64,000 bases of DNA from Nitrospirota bacterium (GTDB taxonomy: Bacteria; Nitrospirota; Thermodesulfovibrionia; Thermodesulfovibrionales; UBA9159). Made by a program: the position numbers and the translations under genes. The stretch spans positions 64,001 through 128,000 of the forward strand of contig CAVOUE010000009.1 in the NCBI GenBank assembly GCA_963699545.1, given 5' to 3'. The first letter of the stretch is position 1. Each line of letters begins with the position of its first letter. The notes beneath the pieces were generated by a model. The model was not told where the DNA came from. It saw only the letters and a list, made by a program, of their open reading frames with translations, and made no database searches. Positions 51,418 to 62,753 of this stretch are shown here, one piece after another.

Positions 51418-53188
51418 ATGACCAGCAACAGAGCAAAGATCGTCGTATGCTTTCTCCTTCTCTTCCTTCTTGCGCTGTTGGCATCTCCTGCCCGCGGCCA
51501 GGACTTCACCATCAGCACGTTCCACGCCGATATCGTCATCAATGATGATTCCTCCTTCACGGTAAAAGAGACCCTGGAGGTCGAATTCCACCGGCCCAAG
51601 CACGGCATTTACAGGGAGATCCCCTTCAGCTACACCGATGACCTTGGCAGCAGCACCGTAACGCCTATGGAGATACTATCAGTAACCGACACCGGAGGCA
51701 GGAAGTGGAAAACCACGGTGGACAACCGCAATAATGTCGTCCACATAAGGATCGGCGACAAGGACAAATATGTGAGCGGGAGCCAGACCTATGTCATCGA
51801 ATATAAAGTCGAGAACGCCCTCCTCTTCTTCGACGACCACGACGAACTCTACTGGAACGTCACGGGGAATTACTGGAATGCCCCGATAAAGGACGCTTCG
51901 GCGAGCGTAATGCTTGCTTCAAAGAGCAGGAGCGCGAAGCTCTGGGCGTCATGCTACACCGGAGCCTACCGCTCAAGGGAATCCATGTGCCGTTATGAGA
52001 CCTTCGGAACCTCCGCTGAGTTCTTTCTGAAGAAAAGCCTCAATCCACGGGAAGGATTCACCGTAGCCTTTGGGTGGGACAAGGGCCTTGTAGCTCCCCC
52101 GTCCGAATGGAAAATGCTCCTCCGGAGAATAAAGGAGAACTGGTCGTTCGTCCTCCCTGTCCTTTCTCTCCTCTTCATGATGAACCTCTGGAGAAAAACA
52201 GGCAGAGACCCTAGGGTCAGGGAGTCGGTCACGGTGACGTATGAGCCCCCCAAAGTCGGCGACAGACCCCTTAGCCCTTCAGAGGTCGGCGCCATTGTGG
52301 ATGAAAAACTGGATCCCAGGGATATCACGTCTTCCATTGTGGGCCTGGCGGTGAAAGGATATATTAAAATAGAAGAGACAAAAAGGGAGGGGTTGATATT
52401 CGATTCCACGGACTACTACCTTACAAAGCTGAAAGAACCGGATGCAGAGCTTACTTCCTTTGAAAGGGAACTGATGGGGAGCACGTTCAAAGGGATCCCT
52501 TCACGGGACATCGGTCTCGGAGATGAAGAACAAGTTCTATACGAACATCGAATCACTTAAGACGACCCTCTATAGCGACCTGGTCGAAAAAAAGTATTTC
52601 TTGAGAAGCCCTGAAAAGGTGAGAACGTATTATATGGTTGCCGCTGCGGTGGTAGCAGCGGTTGCGATCCCCGCCGCAATATTTCTTACCCGGGCGTTGT
52701 TCGCTGCCGGGTCATTCACGTCAGTTACCTCTTTTAAGTGTGCTCTTGCCGGATTGCTCGCAGGGCTGCCTGTGTTCGCCTTTGCCCGGGTCATGCCGGC
52801 AAAGACAAGGGCAGGAGCTTCCGTGTATATGGACATTCTGGGTTTCCAGGAATTCATGAACCGGGCCGAGAAAGACAGACTCGAGAGAATGGGGGATAAG
52901 GATCTCTTCTCTAGATTCCTGCCCTATGCGATCGCCCTTAATGTGGCAGATAACTGGTCAAAGGCATTTGAAGGAATTTACCAGAACCCGCCTGACTGGT
53001 ATGTTTCTCCGGGAGGGTTCCGGACCTTCAGCCCTCACACATTCTCCCATTCCATGAATTCCATGACCTCGAGCCTCGGGAGCGCCATGTTCTCCAGCCC
53101 CAGGGGAAGCGGCATCAGTGGAGGCGGTTCGGGAGGGGGAGGATTTTCCGGCGGCGGCTTTGGCGGCGGTGGTGGAGGGAGCTGGTAG
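51418..53188 (+). CDS. DUF2207 membrane protein, frameshift near 52500
   Basis: HGIYREIP, DELYWN, LPYAIAL, Gly-rich tail GGGGGGSW. Confidence 0.9.
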
Positions 53189-53372
53189 GGAAGCAAGCGA
53201 ACCCACTCTATGGAACATTGGTTGCCGGGAACAGTATCGGCTTCACCGACGACTCCACACTTTCGACGAACCGCAGCTGCCTGAAGAGTACAACCGGAAT
53301 ATAACACTCTTGGAAGAACTTGAGCGGCGGCAGCTTCGTCATGATCAGTGACTGTGGGTATCTTGTTGGCTC

Positions 53373-54266
53373 TTATTTCATGCTGTCGAAAAACGGCTGT
53401 ATATTATACGAGTTATTGATAAGTCTTCCTCTCTTCTGACACCTGGCTGCTCTTTCAGAATTAAATTCTACAAGTGAAATCTGCAACCTATCGGTCGGCC
53501 TGAATCTATAGCAGCATTCGTTGCCGCTTGCAGGCGGACAGTATGGCTCGTGCACACATTTTGGTTCGAATTCATCTTCACTGAAATGAGGCCTCACCAA
53601 TTCCGTGAGTTCGTTGACGGAATAAGGTTCAGTATCCAGCCAAATTCCGACTCTGCCCGCATTCCTAAAATGCAAGTACCTAACTATAGTATTCTGTTTA
53701 GCCAGTGCAATCAGTTGAGGAATGACATCTTCGTTCAATCCGCGGACAATAATTGCTGACAGGCCCACTCTTCCCAATTTATATGAAATCAGGGAATTAA
53801 ACGCTTCAAGTTTCTGCTCCAGGCAATCACACCCATTTATAACTTCATAGGCATGCTTGTTAGCGTAGCCGCCATCCAACGAAAGACCTAAGGCAAAAGC
53901 TGTCCCGCTTCTCTTTAGTTCCTTAAGCGATTTCATAAAAGTTTGATCGGTATATCTTGTCCCGTTGGAGACGATATGAACTCTATGTCTGTATTGATGC
54001 GCTATGCGTATAAAATCAAGAATGTTAGGGTGTAGGGTGGGTTCGCCGCCACAAAACTTCAAGAGCACAGGGAATGGCAAGTTAGCGCAAACATATTTAA
54101 AGTGGTCTAATGACATATCTTGGGTGGAGCGCACCGGGTTGTAGCAAAAATGACAGGTCATATTGCACCGGTTCGTAATGTCCACGACAAGTGATTCATA
54201 AGGGTTTTTGTCTATGGCATATTCTATCTTGCACTCAGGTTGCCGTTCACGATTTGCATTGCGCAT
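53373..54266 (-). CDS. radical SAM protein
   Basis: CNMTCHFC, GGEPTLHP, SNG. Confidence 0.88.
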   Translation of the reverse strand: MRNANRERQPECKIEYAIDKNPYESLVVDITNRCNMTCHFCYNPVRSTQDMSLDHFKYVCANLPFPVLLKFCGGEPTLHPNILDFIRIAHQYRHRVHIVSNGTRYTDQTFMKSLKELKRSGTAFALGLSLDGGYANKHAYEVINGCDCLEQKLEAFNSLISYKLGRVGLSAIIVRGLNEDVIPQLIALAKQNTIVRYLHFRNAGRVGIWLDTEPYSVNELTELVRPHFSEDEFEPKCVHEPYCPPASGNECCYRFRPTDRLQISLVEFNSERAARCQKRGRLINNSYNIQPFFDSMK

Positions 54267-55365
54267 TTGACGAACCCCATCTTTTCAGTTTCTTCAAGCG
54301 TGCCTTCACACGCTGCAGAACAAGCGCCGCAGTTCTTCTCGTTCCGGGCACCGTCCATTGCCTTAGATAGTAATACTTGTCCAGAACAAACACAACGGTG
54401 AAAGTGAAAAACACCTTCAACCTGGGAGTGTTAGCCATCTGGGGTATTCTTGCCTTAACCGGCACCATTATCTTTCCGTTTCCTGAGTAATCAATCTCCT
54501 CAAGAGCTGCAATCATCCGTTGGACAAATCTGCTCCTCTCTCTGCTGCATTTTGCCGGGCCGGGAGCTATGTGCATCAAGGTAGGATTTGTATTAATTTC
54601 CCAGATCTGCGGTTTATTGTCCAGCATGCCGTAGTCAACGCGGCCGTAATTGATGCCTGCCAGTTGGAAGACTGCACCAAGTTGACTTTCGTGTGGATTA
54701 TTCTTTAAATAATGCTGTTCCTCATAAAGTTCCATCTTTTTCTTAGCAAGGCTATTAACGTTCTTCAGCATCCATCCCTGGCCAAACATCATATGTTGAG
54801 GAAAAATTCTCTCTCCAACAATGTACGCCGAATATTTCCTAAAGACGCCATCCGGGTCGGCGGTATTACAAAATTCTATCATGACTTTGTCTCTGAGTCC
54901 CTGTCCTTGCTGTGAAAGTACATTAATGGCCGCGTCTAACGCACCCTGAGTTTCAAGCAGCGGCGTAAGATTTCCATGGTGGTCGTTCTCCCCCCGAACG
55001 AAGACAGGAAACTGCCCTGGCAATCGGCATTCTGCAAGCCGATAGATGTTATACCTATTAACACCCTGTTCATAGAGCGTACGCAATAAGGTGTACCTTC
55101 GCATTGATCGCAAAGGATGATTAAGCAGTTGAAGCCTATTGTTCACACTCGCAAGTTCTTCCCATATTGCAGACAGGATCTTTGCCCGCTCTTGGGTCAA
55201 GCGCTCAATATCAGAAAAAATATATGTCCCCTGCTTCAGGGATCTGCGATGTGGCAAAGATTCATACGATAAAACCTTGATCCTGGGCAAGAGTTCTTTA
55301 GCCCATGTATTGATAAATGACCTTATGGTATAAGCGTGTTTCTGAGTGACAAGGTAATAAATCAT
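54247..55365 (-). CDS. hypothetical protein, ATP-grasp-like
   Basis: FPVFVR, IEF, YGRVDYG...WEINTNP. Confidence 0.6.
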   Translation of the reverse strand: MIYYLVTQKHAYTIRSFINTWAKELLPRIKVLSYESLPHRRSLKQGTYIFSDIERLTQERAKILSAIWEELASVNNRLQLLNHPLRSMRRYTLLRTLYEQGVNRYNIYRLAECRLPGQFPVFVRGENDHHGNLTPLLETQGALDAAINVLSQQGQGLRDKVMIEFCNTADPDGVFRKYSAYIVGERIFPQHMMFGQGWMLKNVNSLAKKKMELYEEQHYLKNNPHESQLGAVFQLAGINYGRVDYGMLDNKPQIWEINTNPTLMHIAPGPAKCSRERSRFVQRMIAALEEIDYSGNGKIMVPVKARIPQMANTPRLKVFFTFTVVFVLDKYYYLRQWTVPGTRRTAALVLQRVKARLKKLKRWGSSNAQCKS

Positions 55366-55709
55366 CAGTCTGTATGTCCTCGATCAATATTTCACGCGAG
55401 ATTGCTTTAAGACGTTCGACATTTCGAGATTACATATCCGTTTTCTGCTCGATGATAGCTGTTATTGTATTATTATATATCAGCGTATGACAAATTTCGA
55501 TATGAAAGATTCAAGCTATAAAAACAAGGGTCACGCGCGGCAAGCCGCTGGGCAGCAGGCGATCTGCCATGCTGTCCAATTTACTACAACAGTGAAGATT
55601 TTCGAGAGAAGTCTGCGGTAACGATCAAGCTCAGACGCGGGCAATGAGTCCGAAACTGAAATTTATGATTGTCCCGCAATACGTTTCCGAAAAAGATATA
55701 ACAGAGGAG

Positions 55710-57107
55710 CTAATGAATAAGACTCTGTATATCGAGTTTCTGCACTATCATGTTAACCTTGCCTGAAGAAGTCCTCTCTACATGATCAGCCATGACCACT
55801 TCTGCATGGATTGCATCTTTATTGGACCCTAAGGTTCCCTCGAGTTTTTTCCGTATATACGATAGGTCAATATTGGCAAAGCTCTTTGATGGCACTATTC
55901 TCAAAAGAACCTTCCCTGGTTCTTCCTGAAAGAATTGACATTGCAGAATATTCGGGAAACTCGCTATCCAGAGAGGGCGCACATCGATCAGTTCCCTGTT
56001 CTTCCCAATGAGGAAGTCGTGAGACCTTCCCTCGATTGTTTCAACACTTTTGTGGTGCCTGCCACATTCATGGCAGAAATCGGTGTATCCCGACACCAAA
56101 TCACCAGTTTTGTACCGTACCAGTGGCATTGCATAATTAGTGAATCCCGTCGCTACAATCTCTTTGTAGCCCTGAATGCTATCTATAAGTTCTGTGAAGC
56201 CGTAAAGCGGATGGAAGTGGATACTGGCTGATTTCTCACACTCACCTCCGATTGCCGCACATTCATTCATACCGAACATGGAAAAAACCCGACCGTTAAA
56301 AGTCTCTTCCAGCAGTTTTCTCTGCCACCTGTGTAAAGTCTCTGAATATACGATAACGGCTTTTATATTCCGGTAAGGCGACAGATGGTGGTCTCTGATG
56401 ACCGTAGAAAGGACTGTAAGCCACGAAGGATACCCTAGTATATACTCAGGGTCGAATTTTCTGATCATATCCAGGCATTTTAGCAGGCATTCCACAGTAA
56501 GATATTTCATAGAAAGAACTAACCTATTGCCGTATCTCGTAAAGGGCACACTCTTATTGCCCAATTGAATATAGTGCCAAAGCATAACCTCTCTCGCCTT
56601 CGGGGTGTAGCCTATCCTGCCCAGAATGTTCGTCCTGAACGCAAGGAATGCAGCACTGCTTTCCTTGGTTCTGTAAATGGACAGAGGGATACCCGAAGAA
56701 CCACCGGTGGGTTTCCTAATAAGAGACCTTAACGGAATGCTCTCGTCAACAAATTCTGTGGCACGATCTCTTAGTTCTTTTTTGTCAAGATAAGGAAGCA
56801 CTTTTAAGTCATCAGCGCTCTGCATTTTTTCGGGTCGGAACCCAATACTGCGAAAGAGCCTCCTGTAGTAGGGTACATGTTTCATTGAATGTATAAGTGA
56901 GTCTCTTGTCTGCTCAAGCTGATAGGCATGCAACCTGTCGTTATCCCAATTTTCCGATTCTTTCAATATGGTCAACCACCGCAGGAAAGTAGCGCCGTAA
57001 AATACCTTATACCTTAGGGAAAGAGGCAGCCGTTCATAGATGTCCAATGCTGCTCTTTCTGCTGCTGCTGACAACTTTACAAATTTCTTAGCGCTTTCAT
57101 AGACCAT
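55710..57107 (-). CDS. phenylacetate-CoA ligase/CapK-like adenylating enzyme
   Basis: VPYYR, TGGSSG, GYPS, FGMNE, PLVRYKTGD, EGR, SGK. Confidence 0.88.
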   Translation of the reverse strand: MVYESAKKFVKLSAAAERAALDIYERLPLSLRYKVFYGATFLRWLTILKESENWDNDRLHAYQLEQTRDSLIHSMKHVPYYRRLFRSIGFRPEKMQSADDLKVLPYLDKKELRDRATEFVDESIPLRSLIRKPTGGSSGIPLSIYRTKESSAAFLAFRTNILGRIGYTPKAREVMLWHYIQLGNKSVPFTRYGNRLVLSMKYLTVECLLKCLDMIRKFDPEYILGYPSWLTVLSTVIRDHHLSPYRNIKAVIVYSETLHRWQRKLLEETFNGRVFSMFGMNECAAIGGECEKSASIHFHPLYGFTELIDSIQGYKEIVATGFTNYAMPLVRYKTGDLVSGYTDFCHECGRHHKSVETIEGRSHDFLIGKNRELIDVRPLWIASFPNILQCQFFQEEPGKVLLRIVPSKSFANIDLSYIRKKLEGTLGSNKDAIHAEVVMADHVERTSSGKVNMIVQKLDIQSLIH

Positions 57108-57593
57108 CGTGGGAAACCCGTGTGCACACTAAATGTTTCTACCTCTTTGCATTCGTCGCTTATATGCGATGCGAAATTATTAGAAGCGCTCTGCTATTAA
57201 AGGAATCTTTTCCCCCTTTAATCCAATACCTTTCGCATGCGTTCATTATAACAGGAATGGGAACCCCTACTGCACCGTTGGGATCTAATGTTCTTTATCA
57301 TAAGCCAAGTAATTTTGGCACGGACAACACAACAGAGATATGTTCCATACCTACAATGTGGACCACAAATGCTCGGGACATACTGCATATTTCCAGAAAT
57401 AATCAGAACCGTTACAAGGGCACCTCATGATGTGGGATTCAGGAAGTAGTCAATTCAAGGCCCTGCAGTAACTTGGTGTTCTCTTTCTTGACTTTAGTCG
57501 CCATTATGCTATGCTTTGCAAAGATAGTGACGCTCCAGAGAGGAAGACAAACTCGACCTTGCCGGACCCAATTGAATAAAACAGAGAAGATCA

Positions 57594-57809
57594 TTGGAGA
57601 TTTTTAAAAGGCCGATTATAATTCTCATCTTTGCCTTGTTGATTGCTGGAGGGTTGTTTTTCTGGTATGAATATCGACCGAGCATGATCAGGGCGGGTTG
57701 TTCCATTGAGGCAGAGAAAAGGGCAGATAAGGATGAGTACCTGTATGAAATTGTCTATCGACATTGTTTAAGAGCGCATGGGATTGAGTACCTTGAACAG
57801 AAGGATTAG
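57594..57809 (+). CDS. small membrane-anchored hypothetical protein
   Basis: TM helix then WYEYRPS...C...YRHCLR; TTG start. Confidence 0.6.
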   Translation: MEIFKRPIIILIFALLIAGGLFFWYEYRPSMIRAGCSIEAEKRADKDEYLYEIVYRHCLRAHGIEYLEQKD

Positions 57810-58093
57810 CTCCCAGCTTATACAACAAAGCCATAGGGAAGAGCAGCACCAGATAGAAAAGATCATTGATTACTTACGATGGAAATCCTCACTCCGCCAA
57901 ACAAATCGGGACACCGTGTTTCAGGAAGTACCTGAACGAACGCCACTTACTTACTCGCGCCGTACACTTCTTCTTTAATCTTTCCGGACAGCCCTCCCTT
58001 TTCAGTTTATTGGAATGAGGAGATTCTCAGCTTGACTTTGGTTGCAGGCATTCTTTATTTTTAAGACAAAATTCGCGAGGAAAAGGAGAGCGC

Positions 58094-58861
58094 ATGGAGA
58101 GGATAAGGGTTGGTATTATCGGGGGATCGGGGATGGACGATCCGCGCCTTATGAAGGACATGAAAGAAAAGAAGGTGAAAACCCGCTACGGGTACCCTTC
58201 CTCCCCGCTTACCATCGGCAGGATCGACGGGGTCGATACCGTGGTCCTTGCCCGCCATGGCAGGGACCATTCCATTTATCCTACAGGCGTAAACTTCAAG
58301 GCAAACTTACTTGCGCTCAAGAAGGAAGGCTGCACACATATCCTCGCAACCACGGCAGTCGGCTCCCTGAGAGAAAAGATTAAACCCGGACACCTTGTAT
58401 TCGTTGACCAGTTCATCGACTTCACGAGGCACCGGGCGCTCACGTTCCATGATGAAAAGGTGATCCACACACCGATGAGCGAGCCCTTCTGCAGAAACCT
58501 GCGCTCACTCCTGACAGATTCTGCAAAGGCGCTGAAACTTACTCATCATAACAAGGGAACTGTGATAACGATCGAGGGTCCGAGGTTTTCGACGAAGGCA
58601 GAGTCTCATATGTTCAGGGCATGGGGCGCTGATGTCATCAATATGTCGACCGTCCCTGAGGTCATACTGGCAAGGGAATTGGGGATCTGCTATCAGACAA
58701 TAGCCATGTCGACGGATTATGATTGCTGGAAGGAAGGAGAAGAGCCCGTCACGTGGGAGATGATACTCTCCATAATGAAGAACAACGCCGAGAACGTGAG
58801 AAAACTGCTTTTAAAGACGATAACGAAGATCAAGAGTGCCGAGTGCAAATGTAAGAGATAA
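58094..58861 (+). CDS. mtnP: methylthioadenosine phosphorylase
   Basis: GIIGGSG, ARHG, AVGSL, EGPRFST, NMS, TDYDCW. Confidence 0.95.
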   Translation: MERIRVGIIGGSGMDDPRLMKDMKEKKVKTRYGYPSSPLTIGRIDGVDTVVLARHGRDHSIYPTGVNFKANLLALKKEGCTHILATTAVGSLREKIKPGHLVFVDQFIDFTRHRALTFHDEKVIHTPMSEPFCRNLRSLLTDSAKALKLTHHNKGTVITIEGPRFSTKAESHMFRAWGADVINMSTVPEVILARELGICYQTIAMSTDYDCWKEGEEPVTWEMILSIMKNNAENVRKLLLKTITKIKSAECKCKR

Positions 58862-58872
58862 AGGAGGAGGCC

Positions 58873-59466
58873 ATGCCTATCAAGTCAAAGATCAGGACGA
58901 TCCCTGATTACCCCAAGAAGGGGATCATGTTCAGGGACATCACAACACTCATCAAGGACCCTGTCGGGTTCAGGCTCGTGATCGACAATTTCACGCAGAG
59001 ATACATCAAGGGGGATATTGAATTCGATGTGATCGTGGGAATAGAGTCAAGGGGGTTTATCATCGGCGGCGCGCTTTCTTATACGCTGGGCAAAGGATTT
59101 ATCCCTGTGAGAAAGGCCGGGAAACTCCCCGCGGAAAAGATAAGCCATGAATATGAACTGGAATATGGCACGGACAAGATTGAAATGCACAAAGACGCCA
59201 TCCAACAGGGAACAAAGGTGATCCTTATCGATGACCTTCTTGCCACGGGCGGCACAGCGCTTGCAGCCGCGGCGCTCGTGGAAAAAATGGGCGGTGTCGT
59301 CTCGGAAATGGCATTCATCGTAAGCCTCCCGGACGTCGGCGGCTATACGAAGCTCAGGCAAAAGGGATATAAGGTGTATTGCCAGACCGAGTTCGAAGGA
59401 GAACTGAGTAATCGAGAGAACCGGGCGCCGAGAGCGGACATGCCGAATGACGGACAGAGTTCCTGA
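58873..59466 (+). CDS. apt: adenine phosphoribosyltransferase; true stop probably near 59407
   Basis: PDYPKKGIMFRD, ESRGF, LEYG, IDDLLATGGT; tail after EFEGE looks like indel read-through. Confidence 0.95.
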   Translation: MPIKSKIRTIPDYPKKGIMFRDITTLIKDPVGFRLVIDNFTQRYIKGDIEFDVIVGIESRGFIIGGALSYTLGKGFIPVRKAGKLPAEKISHEYELEYGTDKIEMHKDAIQQGTKVILIDDLLATGGTALAAAALVEKMGGVVSEMAFIVSLPDVGGYTKLRQKGYKVYCQTEFEGELSNRENRAPRADMPNDGQSS

Positions 59467-59476
59467 ATAATGCGGG

Positions 59477-60406
59477 TTAAAGCGTTATGTGCAACAGCGT
59501 CGCTTCCAGGCTCTTCATATCTTCCACATTGAAGACCTTTGCCTCGGGCTCTATCCTCTTGATCAGCCCGGAAAGCACCTTGCCGGGACCGACCTCAACA
59601 AATGTCCCTGCTCCGGAATCTGCGATCACCCTGATGGAGTCTTCCCATAAAAGAGGACTATTAAGCTGTCTGACAAGCGATGCCTTAATACTCTCGACGT
59701 TATTAAGGAACACGGCATCGGCGTTATTCACGACAGGAGTTGCGGGGTTCCTGAAGGCGATGGCCTCAAGCAGTTCACCGAGCCTTCGTGACGCATCGGC
59801 CATCAGTGCACAATGCGACGGAACGCTCACCGCGAGAGGCACCGCCCTTTTTGCTCCCGCTTCCTTCGCTCGTTTCATTGCCTCTTCCACGGCCTCTTTC
59901 TCTCCTGCAATGACGATCTGGCCGGGACAATTGTAATTTGCAGGCGCCGCGTATCCTGATCGCAGTGACAGGCAGATCTCGTCAACCTTGTCCCTCTTCA
60001 GCCCAAGGATGGCAGCCATGAGCCCCCTGCCCACGGGAACCGCCTCCTGCATGAACTGTCCCCTTTTCCCGGTAAGTTTCACCGCATCCGCAAACGATAT
60101 CGCTCCCGCCGCCACGAGGGCCGAATATTCCCCGAGACTGTGCCCGGCCACAACAGAGGGAACGACACCTTTGGATAATAACACCCTCTGAATTGCGATG
60201 CTTGCGGTCAGGATAGCGGGCTGCGTCCTGAAGGTCTTGTTGAGCTCTGTCTCAGGACCTTCGAAGCACAACCCCGGCACATCGTATCCGAGGGCCTCTG
60301 ATGCCTCTCTGAATATTTCGTTAGCCTCACGGAAGTTCTCGTATATCTCTTTTCCCATGCCGACATACTGGGAACCCTGCCCCGGGAAGACAAAACAAAG
60401 TTTCAT
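59477..60406 (-). CDS. fabD: malonyl-CoA:ACP transacylase
   Basis: FPGQGSQ, GHSLGEY, VSVPSH, EVGPG. Confidence 0.97.
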   Translation of the reverse strand: MKLCFVFPGQGSQYVGMGKEIYENFREANEIFREASEALGYDVPGLCFEGPETELNKTFRTQPAILTASIAIQRVLLSKGVVPSVVAGHSLGEYSALVAAGAISFADAVKLTGKRGQFMQEAVPVGRGLMAAILGLKRDKVDEICLSLRSGYAAPANYNCPGQIVIAGEKEAVEEAMKRAKEAGAKRAVPLAVSVPSHCALMADASRRLGELLEAIAFRNPATPVVNNADAVFLNNVESIKASLVRQLNSPLLWEDSIRVIADSGAGTFVEVGPGKVLSGLIKRIEPEAKVFNVEDMKSLEATLLHITL

Positions 60407-60595
60407 GGGTAGCGTCTCCTGCAGTACTTAACAGGCGCAGGACGAATAGTCTCAGAATTCTTGTAATCGACAAGATAATTATATGGCATATCGTCTCTTG
60501 TCCAATTGTAAGCTTTTTTCCGGCTCTTCCATTACGTCTCTTTTATAAGGTGTCGTACAAGAACTCTTCGCCCACCCGTCCTGCGCCTTATTCTC

Positions 60596-61795
60596 TCAGC
60601 CTTTCATCTCTTTTATTTTCTTTATCAGCATCGGCACAACCTCGTACACATCACCAACGATCCCATAGTTCGCAACCGAGAATATGGGCGCCTCGGGATT
60701 CTTGTTTATGGCGATGATGACATCCGATGACTGCATGCCCACAAGGTGCTGCACAGCGCCGGAAATCCCGCAGGCGATGTAGATCTTCGGACAAACCGTC
60801 TTGCCTGTCTGTCCGACCTGATGCCGGTACGAAATCCAGCCCTCATCAACCGCAGCCCTGGAAGCGCCGAGCGCCCCTCCCAAAAGCTCTGCCAGTTCCT
60901 CAAGGAGCTTGAAGCCCTTTGGGTCTCCGAGGCCTCTTCCCCCGGACACAATAACATCCGTCTCGTGGAGATTCACGGTGATCTCCGAAACCTCTTTTAT
61001 CGTTTCGAGTACCCTTGTGCGGGAAGTCAGCCCATCAGCCTCCACATGGACTATCTCACCTTCTTTCCCTCCGTCATACGAGCCCCGTTTCATCACTCTC
61101 GGTCTCACCGTAGCCATCTGCGGCCGGTTATTGGGACAGAGGATGGTGGCCATGATATTCCCCCCGAAAGCGGGCCGGACCTGGAGAAGGTTCCCGGTCT
61201 CTCCGTCAATTTCGAGGGACGTGCAATCCGCGGTAAGACCGGTCCTCAACCTGGCCGCCACCCTGGGGAAAAAAGATCGTCCGATAGGTGTCGCCCCCGC
61301 AAGAACGATCTCGGGACGGTGTTCCTGAATCAATAATGAAATCAGTTCCGCATACGGCTCATCATTGAACCTCTCAAAAATGGGATTGTTCGACAGATAC
61401 ACTCTGTCGGCGCCCCATTTGATGAGTTCCCGGGCTTCGGATTCCGCAGCGCCGAAAAGCATCGCCGAGAGCCCTGTGTCCCGCTCATCCGCAAGCCGCC
61501 TGCCCACACCCAAAAGTTCATACGCAACAGACGCCACCTTGCCATCTCTCTGTTCCGCAAATACCCAGACCCCCGCATAATCGCTGATGGGCCTTTCCTG
61601 AAAAGCCGGTGCATCACCTTCCTCAAGCAGTTCCTTGATGACGCCCTCAGGGCACACGCCCAGACATGCGCGGCACAGCTGGCAGTATTCGGTGATGAAC
61701 GCCTTGCCTTCCTTCATCACGATAGCGGTGAAGGGGCATGAATCCAGACACGTCTCGCAGCCCGTGCATTTTTCGTCCCTCACCACTATACGCAT
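60596..61795 (-). CDS. etfA: electron transfer flavoprotein alpha with N-terminal 2[4Fe-4S] domain
   Basis: CTGCETCLDSCP and CQLCRACLGVCP; GLTADCT, QVGQTGK, GISGAVQH. Confidence 0.95.
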   Translation of the reverse strand: MRIVVRDEKCTGCETCLDSCPFTAIVMKEGKAFITEYCQLCRACLGVCPEGVIKELLEEGDAPAFQERPISDYAGVWVFAEQRDGKVASVAYELLGVGRRLADERDTGLSAMLFGAAESEARELIKWGADRVYLSNNPIFERFNDEPYAELISLLIQEHRPEIVLAGATPIGRSFFPRVAARLRTGLTADCTSLEIDGETGNLLQVRPAFGGNIMATILCPNNRPQMATVRPRVMKRGSYDGGKEGEIVHVEADGLTSRTRVLETIKEVSEITVNLHETDVIVSGGRGLGDPKGFKLLEELAELLGGALGASRAAVDEGWISYRHQVGQTGKTVCPKIYIACGISGAVQHLVGMQSSDVIIAINKNPEAPIFSVANYGIVGDVYEVVPMLIKKIKEMKG

Positions 61796-62568
61796 TTCAG
61801 ACCCCTGAGTTCCTGCAGCAAGGCATCCACCTGCGCCTCCATGCTTCCTTCCAGCAACTTTCTGTCCTTTTTTACCTCGGGTGCAAAGATATTCCTCACC
61901 TGCGTGGGCGAGCCCTTCAATCCTATCTTATCCGCCTCGGCTTCTATGTCCGCTGATACCCACTTCTTTATTTCTGCTTTTTTCGCAGCCATCTTTCCCT
62001 TGAGAGAAGGCAGCCGTGGTTCATTGAGTTCCTTAACGACGGTAATGAGAACAGGGACGGAAGATTCCACCACATCGGAGCCGTCGTCCATCAGCCTCTG
62101 TACCCGCACCGAATCCGGCTGAACGTCCTCTATCCTCCTGACATAAGAAATATGAGGGATATCCAGGAACTCTGCCATTTCAGGGCCGACCTGGGCAGTA
62201 TCACCGTCTATGGCCTGTTTGCCGCAGATCACCATATCCGCACCCAACTTTTTCACCGCTCTTGACAGAGTATAGGAGGTCGCCCAGGTGTCAGACCCGG
62301 CAAATGCCCTGTCGGTGAGAAGAACGGCCTCATCGGCACCCATGGCTATGGCGTCTCTCAGGGCGGCTTCTGCCTGGGGCGGCCCCATGGTGATCACAAT
62401 GACCTTGCCTCCTGCCTTCTCCCTGACCTGCAGTGCAGCTTCGATGGCATGAACGTCAAAGGGATTGATGATGCTCGCAACGCCGTCCCGAATGAGGGTA
62501 TTGGTCTCGGGATTGATCCTCACCTCAGCGGTATCAGGAACCTGTTTGATACAAACGACTATGTTCAC
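61786..62568 (-). CDS. etfB: electron transfer flavoprotein beta
   Basis: CIKQVPD, DRAFAGSDT, IDGDTAQVGP, GSPT. Confidence 0.96.
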   Translation of the reverse strand: MNIVVCIKQVPDTAEVRINPETNTLIRDGVASIINPFDVHAIEAALQVREKAGGKVIVITMGPPQAEAALRDAIAMGADEAVLLTDRAFAGSDTWATSYTLSRAVKKLGADMVICGKQAIDGDTAQVGPEMAEFLDIPHISYVRRIEDVQPDSVRVQRLMDDGSDVVESSVPVLITVVKELNEPRLPSLKGKMAAKKAEIKKWVSADIEAEADKIGLKGSPTQVRNIFAPEVKKDRKLLEGSMEAQVDALLQELRGLKCV

Positions 62569-62753
62569 GGTCTCTTGTCCTCCGGGGTCATACGAACGAC
62601 TACGGCAGTTTTTTCGTGTTTTGTGAGGAAATAGTATACGACTTTACGCTCGCTGAAGTAAAGACGGTGCGCACGTGATAAAGGGCCAGACGTGGCGGTA
62701 AGAAAGGTTTTGTGATATTTTATGTATGATCATCACATCTCAGGGAGGTGAAC

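Noticed and set aside
53095-53188. GGC/GGA-rich repeat
   Set aside because: Encodes the normal Gly-rich DUF2207 tail.
55614-55660. attC-like start GGTAACGATCAAGCTCAGACGCGG in the radical SAM island
   Set aside because: Non-canonical R'', no matching right arm, and opposite orientation to the genes.
57122-57430. 102-aa plus-strand ORF, possible precursor peptide
   Set aside because: No RBS or motif; occupies the probable promoter region of the ligase gene.
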